Part shown: one piece after another, positions 1 through 11,759 of the stretch
Layout: every line of letters starts with the position of its first letter
Position numbering within the stretch: position 1 is the first letter of the stretch
NCBI GenBank assembly: GCA_030390025.1
Contig: CM059432.1
Span: forward strand, 7,316,001-7,380,000
Direction: 5' to 3'
Origin: Squalus acanthias
Taxonomy: Eukaryota
DNA length: 64,000 bases
Made by a program: the position numbers and the translations under genes
Notes under the pieces: generated by a model
What the model was told of the DNA's origin: nothing
The model's database searches: none
What the model saw: the letters and a program-made list of their open reading frames with translations, nothing else

Positions 1-189
1 CTCCCCCAAATGGAGTGGGGGGGATCTTACCCCACCCTGATCTGACCGACTGCAATTTTAAATTGCAGGCAGCGAGGACACCTGTCCCCAAGCCCAGGCC
101 CCGCCCTCTCGCTCACTCAGGCCCCGCCCTCTCGCCCAGGCCCCTCCCCTCGCATGCACTGACCCCCACTCTGACTTAAAATCCAGGCC
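1..189. mobile_element. Right end of a Harbinger-type MITE (left part outside window)
   Basis: Ends TTAAAATCCAGGCC (176-189), the reverse complement of the GGCCTGGATTTT-type TIR seen at 15621 and 36331; short CCCCGCCCTCTCGC repeats inside. Confidence 0.55.
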
Positions 190-286
190 TTCATGTTTCC
201 CCATATCAACCCCTCACCTTATTTCCTTTCTGAACATTTCTATTGATTCTGCAGCTATAGTTGACTCGGGAATGCATTCCATTCCC

Positions 287-460
287 AGGGGCTGTTTCCT
301 CTGGCTGGAGGGTCTAGAACCAGGGGTCACAGTCTCAGGATAAGGGGTCGGCCATTTAGGACTGAGATGAGAAGAAATTTCATCGCTCAGAGGGTTGTGA
401 ATCTTTGGAATTCTCTAACAAAGAGGGCTGTGGATGCTGAATCGTTGAGTATATTCAAGG
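287..460 (+). mobile_element. CR1-type LINE 3' ORF2 fragment
   Basis: Encodes ..MRRNFIAQRVVNLWNSL..AVDAESLSIFK, homologous to the C-terminus of ORF 46412-47932. Confidence 0.85.
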
Positions 461-464
461 AACA

Positions 465-610
465 TCAGCGAGAAGTCGCACAACACCAGGTTATAGTCCA
501 ACAGTTTTATTTGAAATCACAAGCTTTCGGAGCGCCGCTCCTTCGTCAGGTGAAGTAAAGGAATACAAATCGACAAAGCATATCTAGATAGAGAACGATG
601 CATGTGAAGC
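465..610 (-). mobile_element. Penelope-like pseudo-LTR fragment, family B
   Basis: 470-556 is the reverse complement of 1719-1805; carries a hammerhead motif. Confidence 0.7.
517..553 (-). ncRNA. Minimal hammerhead ribozyme motif (family B)
   Basis: Minus strand reads TCAC-CTGACGA-A-GGAGC(GGC)GCTCC-GAAA-GC-T-T-GTGA: conserved core, helix II, palindromic AAGCTT, helix I TCAC/GTGA. Confidence 0.75.
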
Positions 611-676
611 GTACAAATGGCAGACGACTACCCCTGTGCACGCTGACCTACGTTGACTCCCGGTCCAGCAACATGT

Positions 677-1058
677 TCAATTTAAAATTCTCATCCTGGT
701 TTACAAAGCCCTCCCTATCTCTGTAACCTCCGCCAGCCCTACAACCCTTTGAGACCTCTGCGCACCTCCAATTCTGACCTCTTGAGCATCCCCAATTTTC
801 AGTCGTTGCACCACTGGCGGCCGTGCCTTCAGCGACCTGGGCCCTGAGCTCTGGAATTCCCTCCCTAAACCTCTCCGCCTCTCTCTCCTTTTTTTAAGAC
901 GCTCCTTAAAACCTACCTCTTTGACTAAGCTTTTGGTCATCTGTCCTGATATCTCCTTATGTGGACCATTGCCAAATTCGGTTTGATAATCGCTCCTGTG
1001 CGGCGCCTCGGGACGTTTTACTACATTAAAGGCGCTATATAAATGCAAGTTGTTGTTG
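677..1058 (+). mobile_element. L2-type LINE 3' fragment
   Basis: Matches the 3' part of the L2 at 2503-3397; ends GGCGCTATATAAATGCAAG(TTG)n. Confidence 0.85.
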
Positions 1059-1589
1059 TTTCTCCAGCCAAGGCCCTTTCCAGTTCACCGTTCTCTTTGG
1101 ATGAATTAGCACTACAATTGCTAGGACTGTTCAAAGTGCAACATATTTCTAAGTTTTTGAAAGATGTGCTGCCAAGCCCAGCAAGCCTCATGAAAGCTCT
1201 GATTCCAATGTAAATGAGTCCCCATCCTCGATTTAACAGCTTTTGGGCTGCCCCTTTACTCATGGTTCAGCCTGCCCGTATGAAACAAGCTCAATACGGT
1301 CGAGATGGTCTGGCCAGTTTTGAAGTTGGCTTTTTAAAGGTATGTAGCACATTTAAGTTGGTTGAGAATTCAGCCATTGTTTTTTTAATTTATTGCTTTC
1401 TCTGCCTTTTCATTAGTGGCTTGTGTTTTCTTGCAGCTTTGGCCTGAATGTACATTGCAAGATTCTCCTACAGCAGCCTTGCTTTCTGCTGCTCTTTCCC
1501 TTGTAGCGAGCTTTGTGGTCAGGAAGGGAATTCGTTTGGGGATTCCAATGGTGCTCCTAGTTATGTTTTCCTGACTGACCTGTTTGGAC

Positions 1590-1846
1590 ACCATCCACAC
1601 CTTTGATTGCCGTGATTATCTCTCTGCCGAGGTGTGATAAAGGGCAGTTAGAAAGATTAACTGCAATCATCTGGCAGTGTTCTCTGACTATATATGCTGT
1701 GCCTATATGCATCTCTTCACTTCACCTGACGAAGGAGCAGCGCTCCGAAAGCTTGTGATTTCAAATAAAGCTGTCGGACTATAACCTGGTGTTGTGCGAC
1801 TTCTCACATTTGTCCACCCCAGTCCAACACCGGCATCTCCGCATCA
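1590..1846 (+). mobile_element. Penelope-like pseudo-LTR, family B
   Basis: Hammerhead motif followed by AATAAA and GGACTATAACCTGGTGTTGTG; homologous to 465-610 and 12031-12091; left boundary uncertain. Confidence 0.65.
1722..1758 (+). ncRNA. Minimal hammerhead ribozyme motif (family B)
   Basis: TCAC-CTGACGA-A-GGAGC(AGC)GCTCC-GAAA-GC-T-T-GTGA. Confidence 0.75.
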
Positions 1847-1847
1847 A

Positions 1848-2195
1848 AATTATGAGGGTCTTTGATAGCGTAAATAAGGAGAGGCTGTTTCCACTGGCAG
1901 GAAGGTCAGTAACCAAAGGACACAGATTGAAGATAATTGGCAAAACACCCAGGGAGGAGATGAGGAGAATCTTTTTACGCAGCGAGCTGTTGTGATCTGG
2001 AATGCACTGCCTGAAAGGGTGTTGGAAGCAAATTCAAGTGTAACTTTCAAAAGGGAATTGAATACAGGAGAAATTTGCAGGGCTATGGGGATAGAGCAGG
2101 GGGGGGAGCGGGACTAATTGGAGAGCTCTTTCAAATGGCCGGCACAGGCACGATGGGCCGAATGGCCTCCTTCTGTGCTGTGTGATTGTATGAAA
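1848..2195 (+). mobile_element. CR1-type LINE 3' fragment
   Basis: KIMRVFDSVNKERLFPLAGRSVTKGHRLK; 3' UTR GGGCCGAATGGCCTCCTTCTGTGCTG. Confidence 0.85.
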
Positions 2196-2502
2196 TTGGG
2201 CAAAAGGCACGTAATCAGGATTGCACAAAGGTACACACAACATGCCAGGTTTGAGCTCATTTCAGTATCCTGTATCAGATTTAATTCCAAAGCATCTATC
2301 TTGGGCAGGCATTAAGCCAAGTGACAGATGTTGGAGATGTAATATAGAAGGTGCTAATAATAAGCACATGTTGTATTGGAGTCTCAGTTCTCGAGGGATT
2401 ATTTTTGGCAAGTTAGCAACCATTGATTCTGGGTTGAACTGAAACACACAATAGCTGTTGACTGGTTGTCGCTGGAGAAAGGCAACTTTATGGTGATTGT
2501 TA

Positions 2503-3397
2503 CAACAACAACAACTTGTATTTATATAGCGCCTGTAAAGTAGTGAAACTTCCCAAGGTGCTGCACAGGGGTATTAAAAGACAAAAAAATTGACACCGAG
2601 CCACATAAGGAGAAATTAGGGCAGGTGATCAAAAGCTTGGTCAAAGATGTAAGTTTTAAGGAGCGTCTTAAAGGAGGAAAGAGAGGTAGCGAGGCAGAGA
2701 GGTTTAGGGAGGGAATTCCAGAGATTTGGATTTAAGCAACGGAAGGCACGGCCATCAATGGTTGAGCGAATATAATCAGGGAAGCTCAAGAGGGCAGAAT
2801 TAGAGGAGCGCAGATATCTCGGGGGGTTCTGGGACTGAAGGAGATTACAGAGATAGGGAGGGGCGAGGCCATGGAGGAATTTGAGAAAAAGGATGGGAAT
2901 TTTGAAATCGAGGCATTGCTTAACCGGAAGCCAATGTAGGTCAGCGAGCACCGGGGTGATGGGTGAACGGGACTTGGTGCGAGTTAGGACACGGGCAGCC
3001 GAGTTTTGGATCACCTCAAGTTTACGTAGGGTAGAATGTGGGAGGCCAGCCAGGAGTGCGTTGGAATAGTCAAGTCTAGAGGTAACAAAGGCAAGGATGA
3101 GGGTTTCAGCAGCAGATGAGCTGAGGCAAGGGCGGAGACGGGCGATGTTACGGAGGTGGAAATAGGCGGTCTTTGTTATGCTGCGGATATGTGGTTGGAA
3201 GCTCATTTCAGGGTCAAATATGACACCAAGGTTGCGAACAGTGTGGTTCAGCCTCAGACAGATGTTAGGGAGAGGGATGAAGTCAGTGGCTAGGGAACTG
3301 AGTTTGTGGCGGGGACCGAAAACAATGGCTTTGGTCTTCCCAATATTTAATTGGAGAAAATTTCTGCTCATCCAGAACTGGATGTCGGACAAGCAGT
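2503..3397 (-). mobile_element. L2-type LINE, 3' part (continues at 6674-7847)
   Basis: ORF 2616-3392: WMSRNFLQLNIGKTK..RNLGVIFD..SRLDYSN..LHWLPV; (TTG)n tail. Confidence 0.92.
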
Positions 3398-6300
3398 TTT
3401 TTTTTTTATTCGTTTTTTATGGAATCAGGGCGTCGCTGGCAATGCCAGCATTTATTGCCCATCCCTAGTTGCCCTTGAGAAGGTGGTGGTGAGCTGCCTT
3501 CTTGAACCGCTGCAGTCCGTGTGGTGATGGTACTCCCACAGTGCTGGTAGGTAGGGAGTTCCAGGATTTTGACCCAGCGACGATGAAGGATCGGCAATAT
3601 ACTTCTAAGTCAGGATGGTGTGTGACTTGGAGGGGAACTTGCAGGTGCTGGTGTTCCCATGCGCCTGCTGCCCTTGTCCTTCTAGGTGGTAGATGTCGCG
3701 GGTTTGTGAGGTGCTGCCGAAGAAGCCTTGGTGAGTTGCTGCAGTGCATCTTGTAGATGGTACACACTGCAGCCACGGTACGCCGGTGGTGGAGGGAGTG
3801 AATGTTTAAGGTGGTGGATGGGGTGCCAATCAAGCGTACTGCTTTGTCCTGGATGGTGTGGAGTTTCTTGAGTGTTGTCGGAGCTGCACTCATCCAGGCA
3901 AGTGGAGAGTATTCCATCACACTCCTTGCTTGTGCCTTGTAGATGGTGGATAGGCTTTGGGGAGTCAGGAGGTGAGACACTCGTCGCAGAATACCTAGCC
4001 TCTGACCTGCTCTTGTTGCCACAGTATTTATGTGGCTGGTCCAGTTAAATTTCTGGTTAATGGTGACCCCCAGGATGTTGATAGTGGGGGATTCGGCGAT
4101 GGTAATGCCATTGAATGTCAAGGGGAGGTGGTTAGACTCTCGCTTGTTGGTGATAGTCATTGCCTGGCACTTCTGTGGCGCGAATGTTACCTGCCACTTA
4201 TCAGCCCAAGCCTGAACGTCGTCCAGGTCATGTTGAATGCGGGCATGGACTGCTTCATTATCTGTGGAGTTGCGAATGGCACTGAACACTGTGCAGTCAT
4301 CAGCGAACATCCCCATTTCTGACCTTACGTTGGAGGGAAGGTCATTGATGAAGCAGCTGAAGATGGTTGGGCCTAGGACACTGCCCTGAGGAACTCCTGC
4401 AGCGATGTCCTGGGGCTGTGATGATTGACCTTCAACCACCACAAACATCTTCCTTTGTGCTAGGTATGACTCCAGCCAGTGGAGCATTTTCCCCCTGATT
4501 CCCATTGACTTCAGTTTTACTCGGGCTCCTTGATGCCACGCTCAGTCAAATGCTGCCTTGATGGGCAGTCACTCTCATCTCACCTCTGGAATTCAGCTCC
4601 TTTGTCCATGTTTGGACCAAGGCTGTAATAAGGTCGGGAGCCAAGTGGTCTTGGCGGAACCCAAACTGGACATCAGTGAGCAGGTTATTGGTGAGTAAGT
4701 GCAGCTTGATAGCACTGTCGATGACACCTTCAATCACTTTGCTGATGATTGAGATTAGACTGATGGGGTGGTAATTGGCCGGGTTGGATTTGTCCTGCTT
4801 TTTGTTGACAGGACATACCTGGGCAGTTTTCCACATTGTCGGATAGATGCCAGTGTTGTAGCTGTACTGGAACAGCTTGGCTGGAGGCGCGGCTAGTTCT
4901 GGAGCACAAGTCTTCAGCAACGATAGCCCGGATGTTGTCGGGGCCCACAGCCTTTGCTGTATCCAGTGCGCTCAGCCGTTTCTTGATATCACGTGGAGTG
5001 AATCGAATTGGCTGAAGAATGGCTTCTGTGATGGTGGGGACCTCGGGAGTAGGCCGATATGGATCATCCACTCGGTACTTCTGGCTGAAGTTGGTTGCAA
5101 ACGCTTCAGTCTTGTCTTTTGCACTCACGTGCTGGGCTCCACCATCATGGAGGATGGGGATATTCATGGAGCCTCCTCCTCCCGTTAGTTGTTTAATGGT
5201 CCACTACCATTCACGACTGGATGTGGCAGGACTGCAGAGCTTTGATCTGATTTGTTGATTGTGGGATCGCTTAGCCCTGTCTACAGCATGCTGCTTCAGC
5301 TTTTTAGCATGCATGTAGTCCTGTGTTGCAGCTTCCCCAGGTTGGCACCTCATTTTTAGGTATGCCTGGTGCTGCTCCTGGCATGCTCTTCTACACTCGT
5401 TGTTGAACCAGGGTTGGTCCCTGGCTTGGTGGTAATGGTAGAGTGAGGGATATGCCAGGACATGAGGTTACAAATTGTGGTGGAATACAATTCTGCTGCT
5501 GCTGATGGCCCACAGCGCCTCATGGATGCCCAGTTTTGAGCTGCTAGATCTGTTCTGAATCTATCCCATTTAGCACGGTGGTAGTGCCACACAACATGAT
5601 GGAGGGTGTTCTCAGTGTGAAGATGGGATTTCGTCTCTGCAATGACTGTGCGGTGGTCACTGCTGCCAATACTGTCATGGATAGATGCATCTGCGACAGG
5701 CAGATTGGTGAGGACGAGGTCAAGTAGGTTTTTCCCTCTTGTTGGTTCACTCATCACCTGTCGCAGGCCCAGACTGGTAGTTACGTCCTTCAGGACTCGG
5801 CCAGCAGTGGTGCTACCGAGCCACTCTTGGTGATGGACATTGAAGTCCCCCACCCAGAGTACATTCTGTGCCCTTGCTACTCTCAGTGCTTCTTCCAAGT
5901 GGTGTTCAACATGGAGGAGTACTGATTCATCAGCTGAGGGAGGGCGGTAGGTGGTTTCCTTGCCCATGCTTGACCTGAAGCCATGAGACTTCATGGGGTC
6001 CAGAATCAGTGTTGAGGATGCCCAGGGCCATTCCTTCCCGACTGTATACCACTGTGTCACCACCCCTGGTGGGTCTGTCCTGCCGGTGGGACAGGACATA
6101 CCCAGGGATGGTGATGTAGGAGTTCAGGACAGTGGCTGAAAGGTATGATTCTGTGAGTATGACTATGTCAGGCTGTTGCTTGACTAGTCTGTGGGACAGC
6201 TCTCCCAATTTTGGCACAAGTCCCCAGATGTTGGTGAGGAGGACTTTGCAGGGTTGACTGGGCTGGGTGTGCCGTTGCCGGTGCCAAGGTCGATGCCGGG

Positions 6301-6673
6301 TGGTCCGTCCAGTTTCATTCTTATTATTTTGTTTCGGAGCGGTTAGTTACAACTGAGTGACTTGCTGGTCCATTTCAGAGGGCAGTTAAGAGTCAACCAC
6401 ATTGCTGTGGGTGTGGAATCACATATAGGCCATACCGGGTATGGACGGCAGATTTCCTTCCCTAAAGGACATTAGTGAACCAGATGGGTTTTTACGACAA
6501 TCCGATAGTTTCATGGTCACCATTACTGATACTAGCTTTTATTCCAGATTTATTTAATTAACTGAATTTAAATTCTCCAGCTGCCATGGTGAGATTTTAA
6601 CTCACGTCTCTGGATCATTAGTCCAGGTCGCTGGATTACTAGCCCAGTGACATTACTACTACGCTACCGTTCC
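3398..6673 (-). mobile_element. Apparently full-length single-ORF APE-RT LINE (CR1/Jockey superfamily) with tRNA/SINE-like 5' head; ORF frameshifted
   Basis: APE motifs PDIVILTESYL, YRPPS, VGDFNVHH, LLDLVL, GSSDH; RT motifs QFGFRQ, GVPQGSVLGP, MFADD; A-rich tail at 3398; inserted in the L2 (AAGCAGT|CTGACAA rejoins). Confidence 0.88.
6590..6673 (-). promoter_or_regulatory. tRNA-derived Pol III internal promoter-like head (A box, degenerate B box)
   Basis: Minus strand GGAACGGTAGCGTAGTAGTAATGTCACTGG ... GAGTTAAAATCTCACC. Confidence 0.6.
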
Positions 6674-7847
6674 CTGACAATTTAGAGACCGTGGAGGTGT
6701 CGAGAGAAGTGGTGGTGAGGTAGAGCTGGGTGTCATCAACGTACATGTGGAAACTGACGCTGTGTTTTCAGATGATGTCGCCAAGGGGCAACATGTAGAT
6801 GAGAAATAGGATGGGGCCAAGGATAGATCCTTGGGGGACACCAGAGGCAACGATGCGGGAGCGGGAAGTGAAGCCATTGCAGGTGATTCTCTGGCTACGA
6901 TTAGATAGATAAGAATGGAACCAGGCGAGTGCAGTCCCACCCAGCTGCATGATGGTGGAGAGGCGTTGGAGAAGGATGGAGTGGTCAACCATGTCAAAGG
7001 CTGCAGATAAGTCAAGAAGGACAAGGAGGGATAGTTTACCTTTGTCACAACCACAAAGGATGTCATTTGTGACTTTAATGAGAGCCGTTTCAGTACTGTG
7101 GCAAGGGTGGAAACCTGATTGGAGGGATTCAAACATGGAGTTGCGGGAAAGATGGGCAGGGATTTGGGAGGCAACAACATGTTCAAGGACTTTGGAGAGG
7201 AAAGGGAGGTTGGAGATGGGGCGGTAGTTTGCAAGGACGGAGGGATCAAGGGTTGTTTTTTTGAGGAGAGGGGTGATGACGGCAGATTTGAGAGAGAGGG
7301 GGACAGTACCTGAGGAGAGAGAACCGTTAACAATGTCAGCTAACATGGGAGCCAGAAAAGGAAGTTGGGTGGTCAGCAGTTTGGTGGGAATAGGGTCGAG
7401 GGAGCAGGAAGTGGGTCTCATAGACAAGATGAGCGCAGAGAGGTCATGAGGGGAGATCGGAGAGAAACTGGAGAAAGATGTGAGTTCATGGCTAGGGTGG
7501 GGGGTGGGAACCTCAGAGGAAGTTTGGCCCGGTGGGCTAGGGGAAGGAAGGGAAGTGGCAGAGGCAGCTGAACGGATAGTCTCAATCTTAGAGATAAAGA
7601 AGTCCATGAGCTTCTCACACTTGTTGTCGGAGGTGAGGGTGGAGGAGACAGGGGAGAGGGGTTTAAGAAGACGGTTAACAGTGGAGAATAGAAGCCGGGG
7701 TTTATCTTTGCATTCCAGAATGATTCTGGAATAGTGAGCAATTTTGGTAGATGAGAGCAGGACCTGATAGCGCTTTATGCGGTCCAGCCAGATCTGGCGG
7801 TGAATGGCTAAACCAGTTGTCCGCCATAGACTTTGAAGTCTGCGTAC
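6674..7847 (-). mobile_element. L2-type LINE, RT part (5'-truncated)
   Basis: ORF 6768-7850: NYRPISNLPFLSKVLE, QSGF, STETAL, LLDLSAAFD, GVPQGSILGP. Confidence 0.92.
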
Positions 7848-8416
7848 CAAGGTGGTGACTCAGCATCACTATAGTGACGGCAGGAAAGGAGATGGTAGAG
7901 GGGCAATCTGAGTAGAATTAGAAATGAGGGAAGAAAATAACAATTGGCAATTGTTGCTGAAATCCCGCTCAAGGTGAACAGTTGGATGGTGAATTGTTTT
8001 AGCTAAATACGAACCTGCAGGGAATCACAATGAGATAATCAGGGGAGAATTTCAACACCGAGGAAGTGAAAGAAAACATCAGGGGCAACCAAAAGGGAGA
8101 GTTTGAAACATAAATCACTTCACGTTGAGATGACAAACGGCTTCCCGAGTCAATTTTGTGAATCGAATGTTCACACACTTAAGTGACCGAAGCTTCAGTG
8201 TGTTGGTGTTTGGTTCGCACCAGAGACCCTCCGAATTCAAATGGCCCGTTCTTGATTTGAGCAGCAAAGTCATATTACACCACCTGGGGTGATTCCAATT
8301 TGTAACAAAGCTATTGCTTGAGGACTGACAGAGCTGTCGCAGTAGGCCGCATGTCGCACAACATAGCTTTGGACAAAGGCTTCGTAACAGAAGAGCAGGA
8401 GGGCCAACCGCAAGAC

Positions 8417-8872
8417 AAAAGAAAGACTTGCATTTATATAGCGCCTTTCACACCACCGGACGTCCCAAAGCGCTTTACAGCCAATGAAGTACTTTTTTGC
8501 AGTGGAGTCACTGTTGTAATGTGGGAAACGCGGCAGCCAATTTGCGCACAGCAAGCTCCCACAAACAGCAATGTGATAATGACCAGATAATCTGTTTTAG
8601 TGATGTTGGTTGAGGGATAAATATTGGCCCAGGACACCAGGGGATAACTCCCCCCTGCTCTTCGAAATAGTGACCATGGGATCTTTTACGTCCACCTGAG
8701 AGGGCATACGGGGCCTTGGTTTAACGTCTCATCCGAAAGACGGCACCTTCGACAGTGCAGCACTCCACTGAGTGTCAGCCTAGATTTTCGTGCTCAAGTC
8801 TCTGGAGTGGGACTTGGACCCACAACCTTCTGACTCCAAGGCGACAGTGCTGCCCACTGAGCCACAGCTGAC
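8417..8872 (-). mobile_element. tRNA-headed Deu-domain SINE (SacSINE1/AmnSINE1-like) with L2-derived tail
   Basis: A box TGGCTCAGTGG, B box GGTCCAAGTCC, core GGAGGTGCCGTCTTTCGGATGAGACGTTAAAC-like, tail GGCGCTATATAAATGCAAGTCTTTC shared with the L2. Confidence 0.85.
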
Positions 8873-9229
8873 ACTGCTGGAGCAGCAAGAGGAATTTACA
8901 TCGAGTTTTACAGCACAGAAACAGGCCACTCGGCCCAACAGGTCTATACCGGAATTGTCTAGCAGTCGGACATTGGACACTGCAGGCTGACACTGAGGTA
9001 CAGGAGACTGTAATGGCTCACTTCTTTTCAAAGGGGCTTTCAAATGTTTTCATTCCTATTTGTATATTAAATTTTATTTTTCTTATCTATCTCTGAATTG
9101 TCGAGTTTGACTCCATTTTCCATTTCCATATACTGTAGGGACAGCGCGCCTCTCAACTCTTCACCTGTGGGGCCTCCGTGATGAAGACAAATACAAACCA
9201 CATCATTGGATCATAAAAAATAATGTCTT

Positions 9230-9390
9230 GGAAACGCGGCAGCCAATTGGCGCACAGCAAGGTCCCACAAACAGTAATGTGATAATGACCAGATAATCCG
9301 CTTTAGTGATGCTGGTTGAGGGACAAATATTGGCCAGGGCATCGGGGAGAACTCCCCCCTGCTCTTCTTCGAAATAGTGCCAAGGGATCA
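9230..9390 (-). mobile_element. Deu-SINE internal fragment
   Basis: Homologous to 8525-8683. Confidence 0.8.
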
Positions 9391-9424
9391 TGCCCGGTGA
9401 CATCATGCCCGGTGACATCATGCC
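9388..9424. repeat. 15-bp tandem repeat (CATGCCCGGTGACAT, about 2.4 units)
   Basis: Read directly at the SINE fragment junction. Confidence 0.8.
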
Positions 9425-9619
9425 TATGTTCAGCACCTTTGGAATTCTGCTCTTGAACTTTTGTAAATAATCCATCGTTACTTTGTACACCTACAATGAC
9501 ACAATCTGACCCTTTGTTCTTTTACGATGGTAAGCATCTTAAGGCCTCTCCTCCCATGCCATGTTCATGGCTATCTAGGTTCATCTCAATTGTTCTATCA
9601 TCTTAACTGTTCTTTCTTT

Positions 9620-9936
9620 GACAGCACCTCCCAAACCCGTGACCGCTACCACCTAGAAGGACAAGGGCAGCAGGCGCATGGGAACACCACCACCTCCAAG
9701 TTCCCCTCCAAGTCACACACCATCCTGACTTGGAAATATATCGGCCACTCCTTCATCGTCGCTGGGTCAAAATCCTGGAACTCCCTCCCAAACAGCACTG
9801 TGGGAGCACCTTCACCACACGGACTGCAGCGGCTCAAGAAGGCGGCTCACCACCACCTTCTCGAGGGAAATTAGGGATGGGCAATAAATGCCGGCCTTGC
9901 CGGCGACGCCCACATCCCATGAATGAACAAAAGAAA
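9620..9936 (+). mobile_element. 3' fragment of the APE-RT LINE family of 3398-6673
   Basis: FIVAGSKSWNSLP..HGLQRLKKAAHHHLL; same 3' end AGGGATGGGCAATAAATGC. Confidence 0.88.
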
Positions 9937-10043
9937 ATTCTGTGCTGTAGTGTTACAAATACCACAGTAAATCTTCACAAAACACATTGATGATGTAACT
10001 GCACACAGTGACCAAAGGAATTCTTCCTATTCCTTTCTCTCTC

Positions 10044-10520
10044 ATCTAGCTTCTGTGTTATTCACCTCAACCACTCCCTGTGGTAGCGAGTTCCACATTC
10101 TCACCACTCTCTGGATAAAGAGGTTTCTCCTGAATTCCCTCTTGGATTTATTAGTGATTATCTTATATTTATGGCCCCTAGTTCTGGCCTCGCCCACAAG
10201 TGGAAACATTTTCTCTACGTCTACCCTATCGAACTCCTGCATCATTTAAAGACCGCTATCAGTTCACCCCTCAGTCTTCTCTTTTCTAGAGAAAAGAGCC
10301 CCAGCCTGTTCAATCTTTCCTGATAGGTATATCCTCTCAGTTCTGGTATCATGTGTGTAAATCTTTTTTGCACCTTCTGCGGTGCCTCTATATCCTTTTT
10401 GTAATATGGAGCCCAGAACTGTGCGCAGTATGGTATACAAGTCGACACCAATTTAACATAACTTCTCTGCTTTTCAATTCTATTCCTCTAGAAATGAATC
10501 CCAGTGCTCTGTTTGTATTA
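10044..10520 (-). mobile_element. CR1-type LINE fragment
   Basis: YCAQFWAPYYKKDI..RLNRLGLFSLEKRRLRG; MFPLVGEARTRGH. Confidence 0.85.
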
Positions 10521-11051
10521 CTAAAGTTACACATTGATTTTCCCAAGTTTTATTTAATGCATTGAATTCTAATTATTCTCGTCTTGTTAGCTCTACATTC
10601 CGCCGCTCTGTAGGCTTTGCCAAGTGGCTTGATTTATTCTACACGAGTTTGTGTGCCATTTTCAATTGAAGATCTAGCTGTGAGATTGAATGCATGTGTC
10701 AAATTTCTCTGCTGGAGACAACAGAATTGCAAAAAGTACGAGGTAGAAAGTCACACACTGTTTTATAACTACCAGTGTCTTCTGGGATGTGTTGGGTCTG
10801 TGCTTCCCCTGCCTCCTTCTTGTGTATCTGATAGTACTGAAAATTCACATCTTAAATGAAACAGGGAAACAATTTGCTACTCAAATTGTTTTTTTTAATT
10901 AATCCATGCAGACTTCTATGAATCTTTATGAAGACAAATAACCACACCACCTCATTAAGGTAATGTCTAGCGAATAAAACCCAGACTAATTAAGTACATT
11001 GTGGAAACTGGATATAGCTTGCATCCCCTAGTTAACTAACCAGAATGGTAC

Positions 11052-11557
11052 AATTTTAAAGGGGGTGCAGGAACAGGGAGACCGGGGTGGGTTCACATAC
11101 ACAAATCTTTGAAGGAAATGTTGAGAAGGTTATTGAGTAGAATGGGCCTCTGCTCTCTGGAGTTTAGAAGAATGAGATGTGATCTCATTGAAACATATAA
11201 GATTCTGAACGGGATTGACAGGGTAGATGCTGAGAGGTTGTTTCCCCCTGGCTGGAGTGTCTAGAACTAGGGGGCATAGTCTCAGGATAAGAGGCCAGCC
11301 ATTTCAGACTGAGATGAGGAGGAATTTCTTCACTCAGAGGGTGGTGAATCTTTTGGAATTCTCTACCCCAGAGGGCTGTGGATGCTGAGTCGTTGAGTAT
11401 ATTCAAGGCTGAGTTAGATAGATTTTTGGATTCCACGGGAATCAAGGGATCTGGGGATCAGGCGGGAAAGTGGAGTTGAGGTCGAAGATCAGCCAGGATC
11501 TTATTGAATGGCGGAGCCGTATGGCCTACTGCTGCTCCTATTTCTTCTGTTCTTATG
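11052..11557 (+). mobile_element. CR1-type LINE 3' fragment
   Basis: LEFRRMR.., RTRGHSLRIR homology, 3' UTR ending TTCTTATG. Confidence 0.85.
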
Positions 11558-11759
11558 ACCACGTATTATTGCCATAAATTGGATCTACCTCCACTTTGAG
11601 GTTGTAAAACATAAATGAAATTTGAACATCAGTATATTTCTAATTTAGTTTCTGGTAAATTATAAAGAAAAGCTAAAATAGTACCTTAGATAATGCAACT
11701 CTTCAGGTACTGAGACACTGGATATGAGCAAACATATTGCATATCCCTAATGGTTTCCA

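Noticed and set aside
1067..1575. Possible host exons (CTCCAG acceptor at 1066, AAG|GTATGT donor at 1339, TTGCAG acceptor at 1436)
   Set aside because: Translations resemble no protein I recognise and end in early stops; the distal part probably belongs to the Penelope terminus
10612..10859. Possible exon (CTGTAG acceptor, GAG|GTAGAA donor)
   Set aside because: Weak splice signals and no recognisable product
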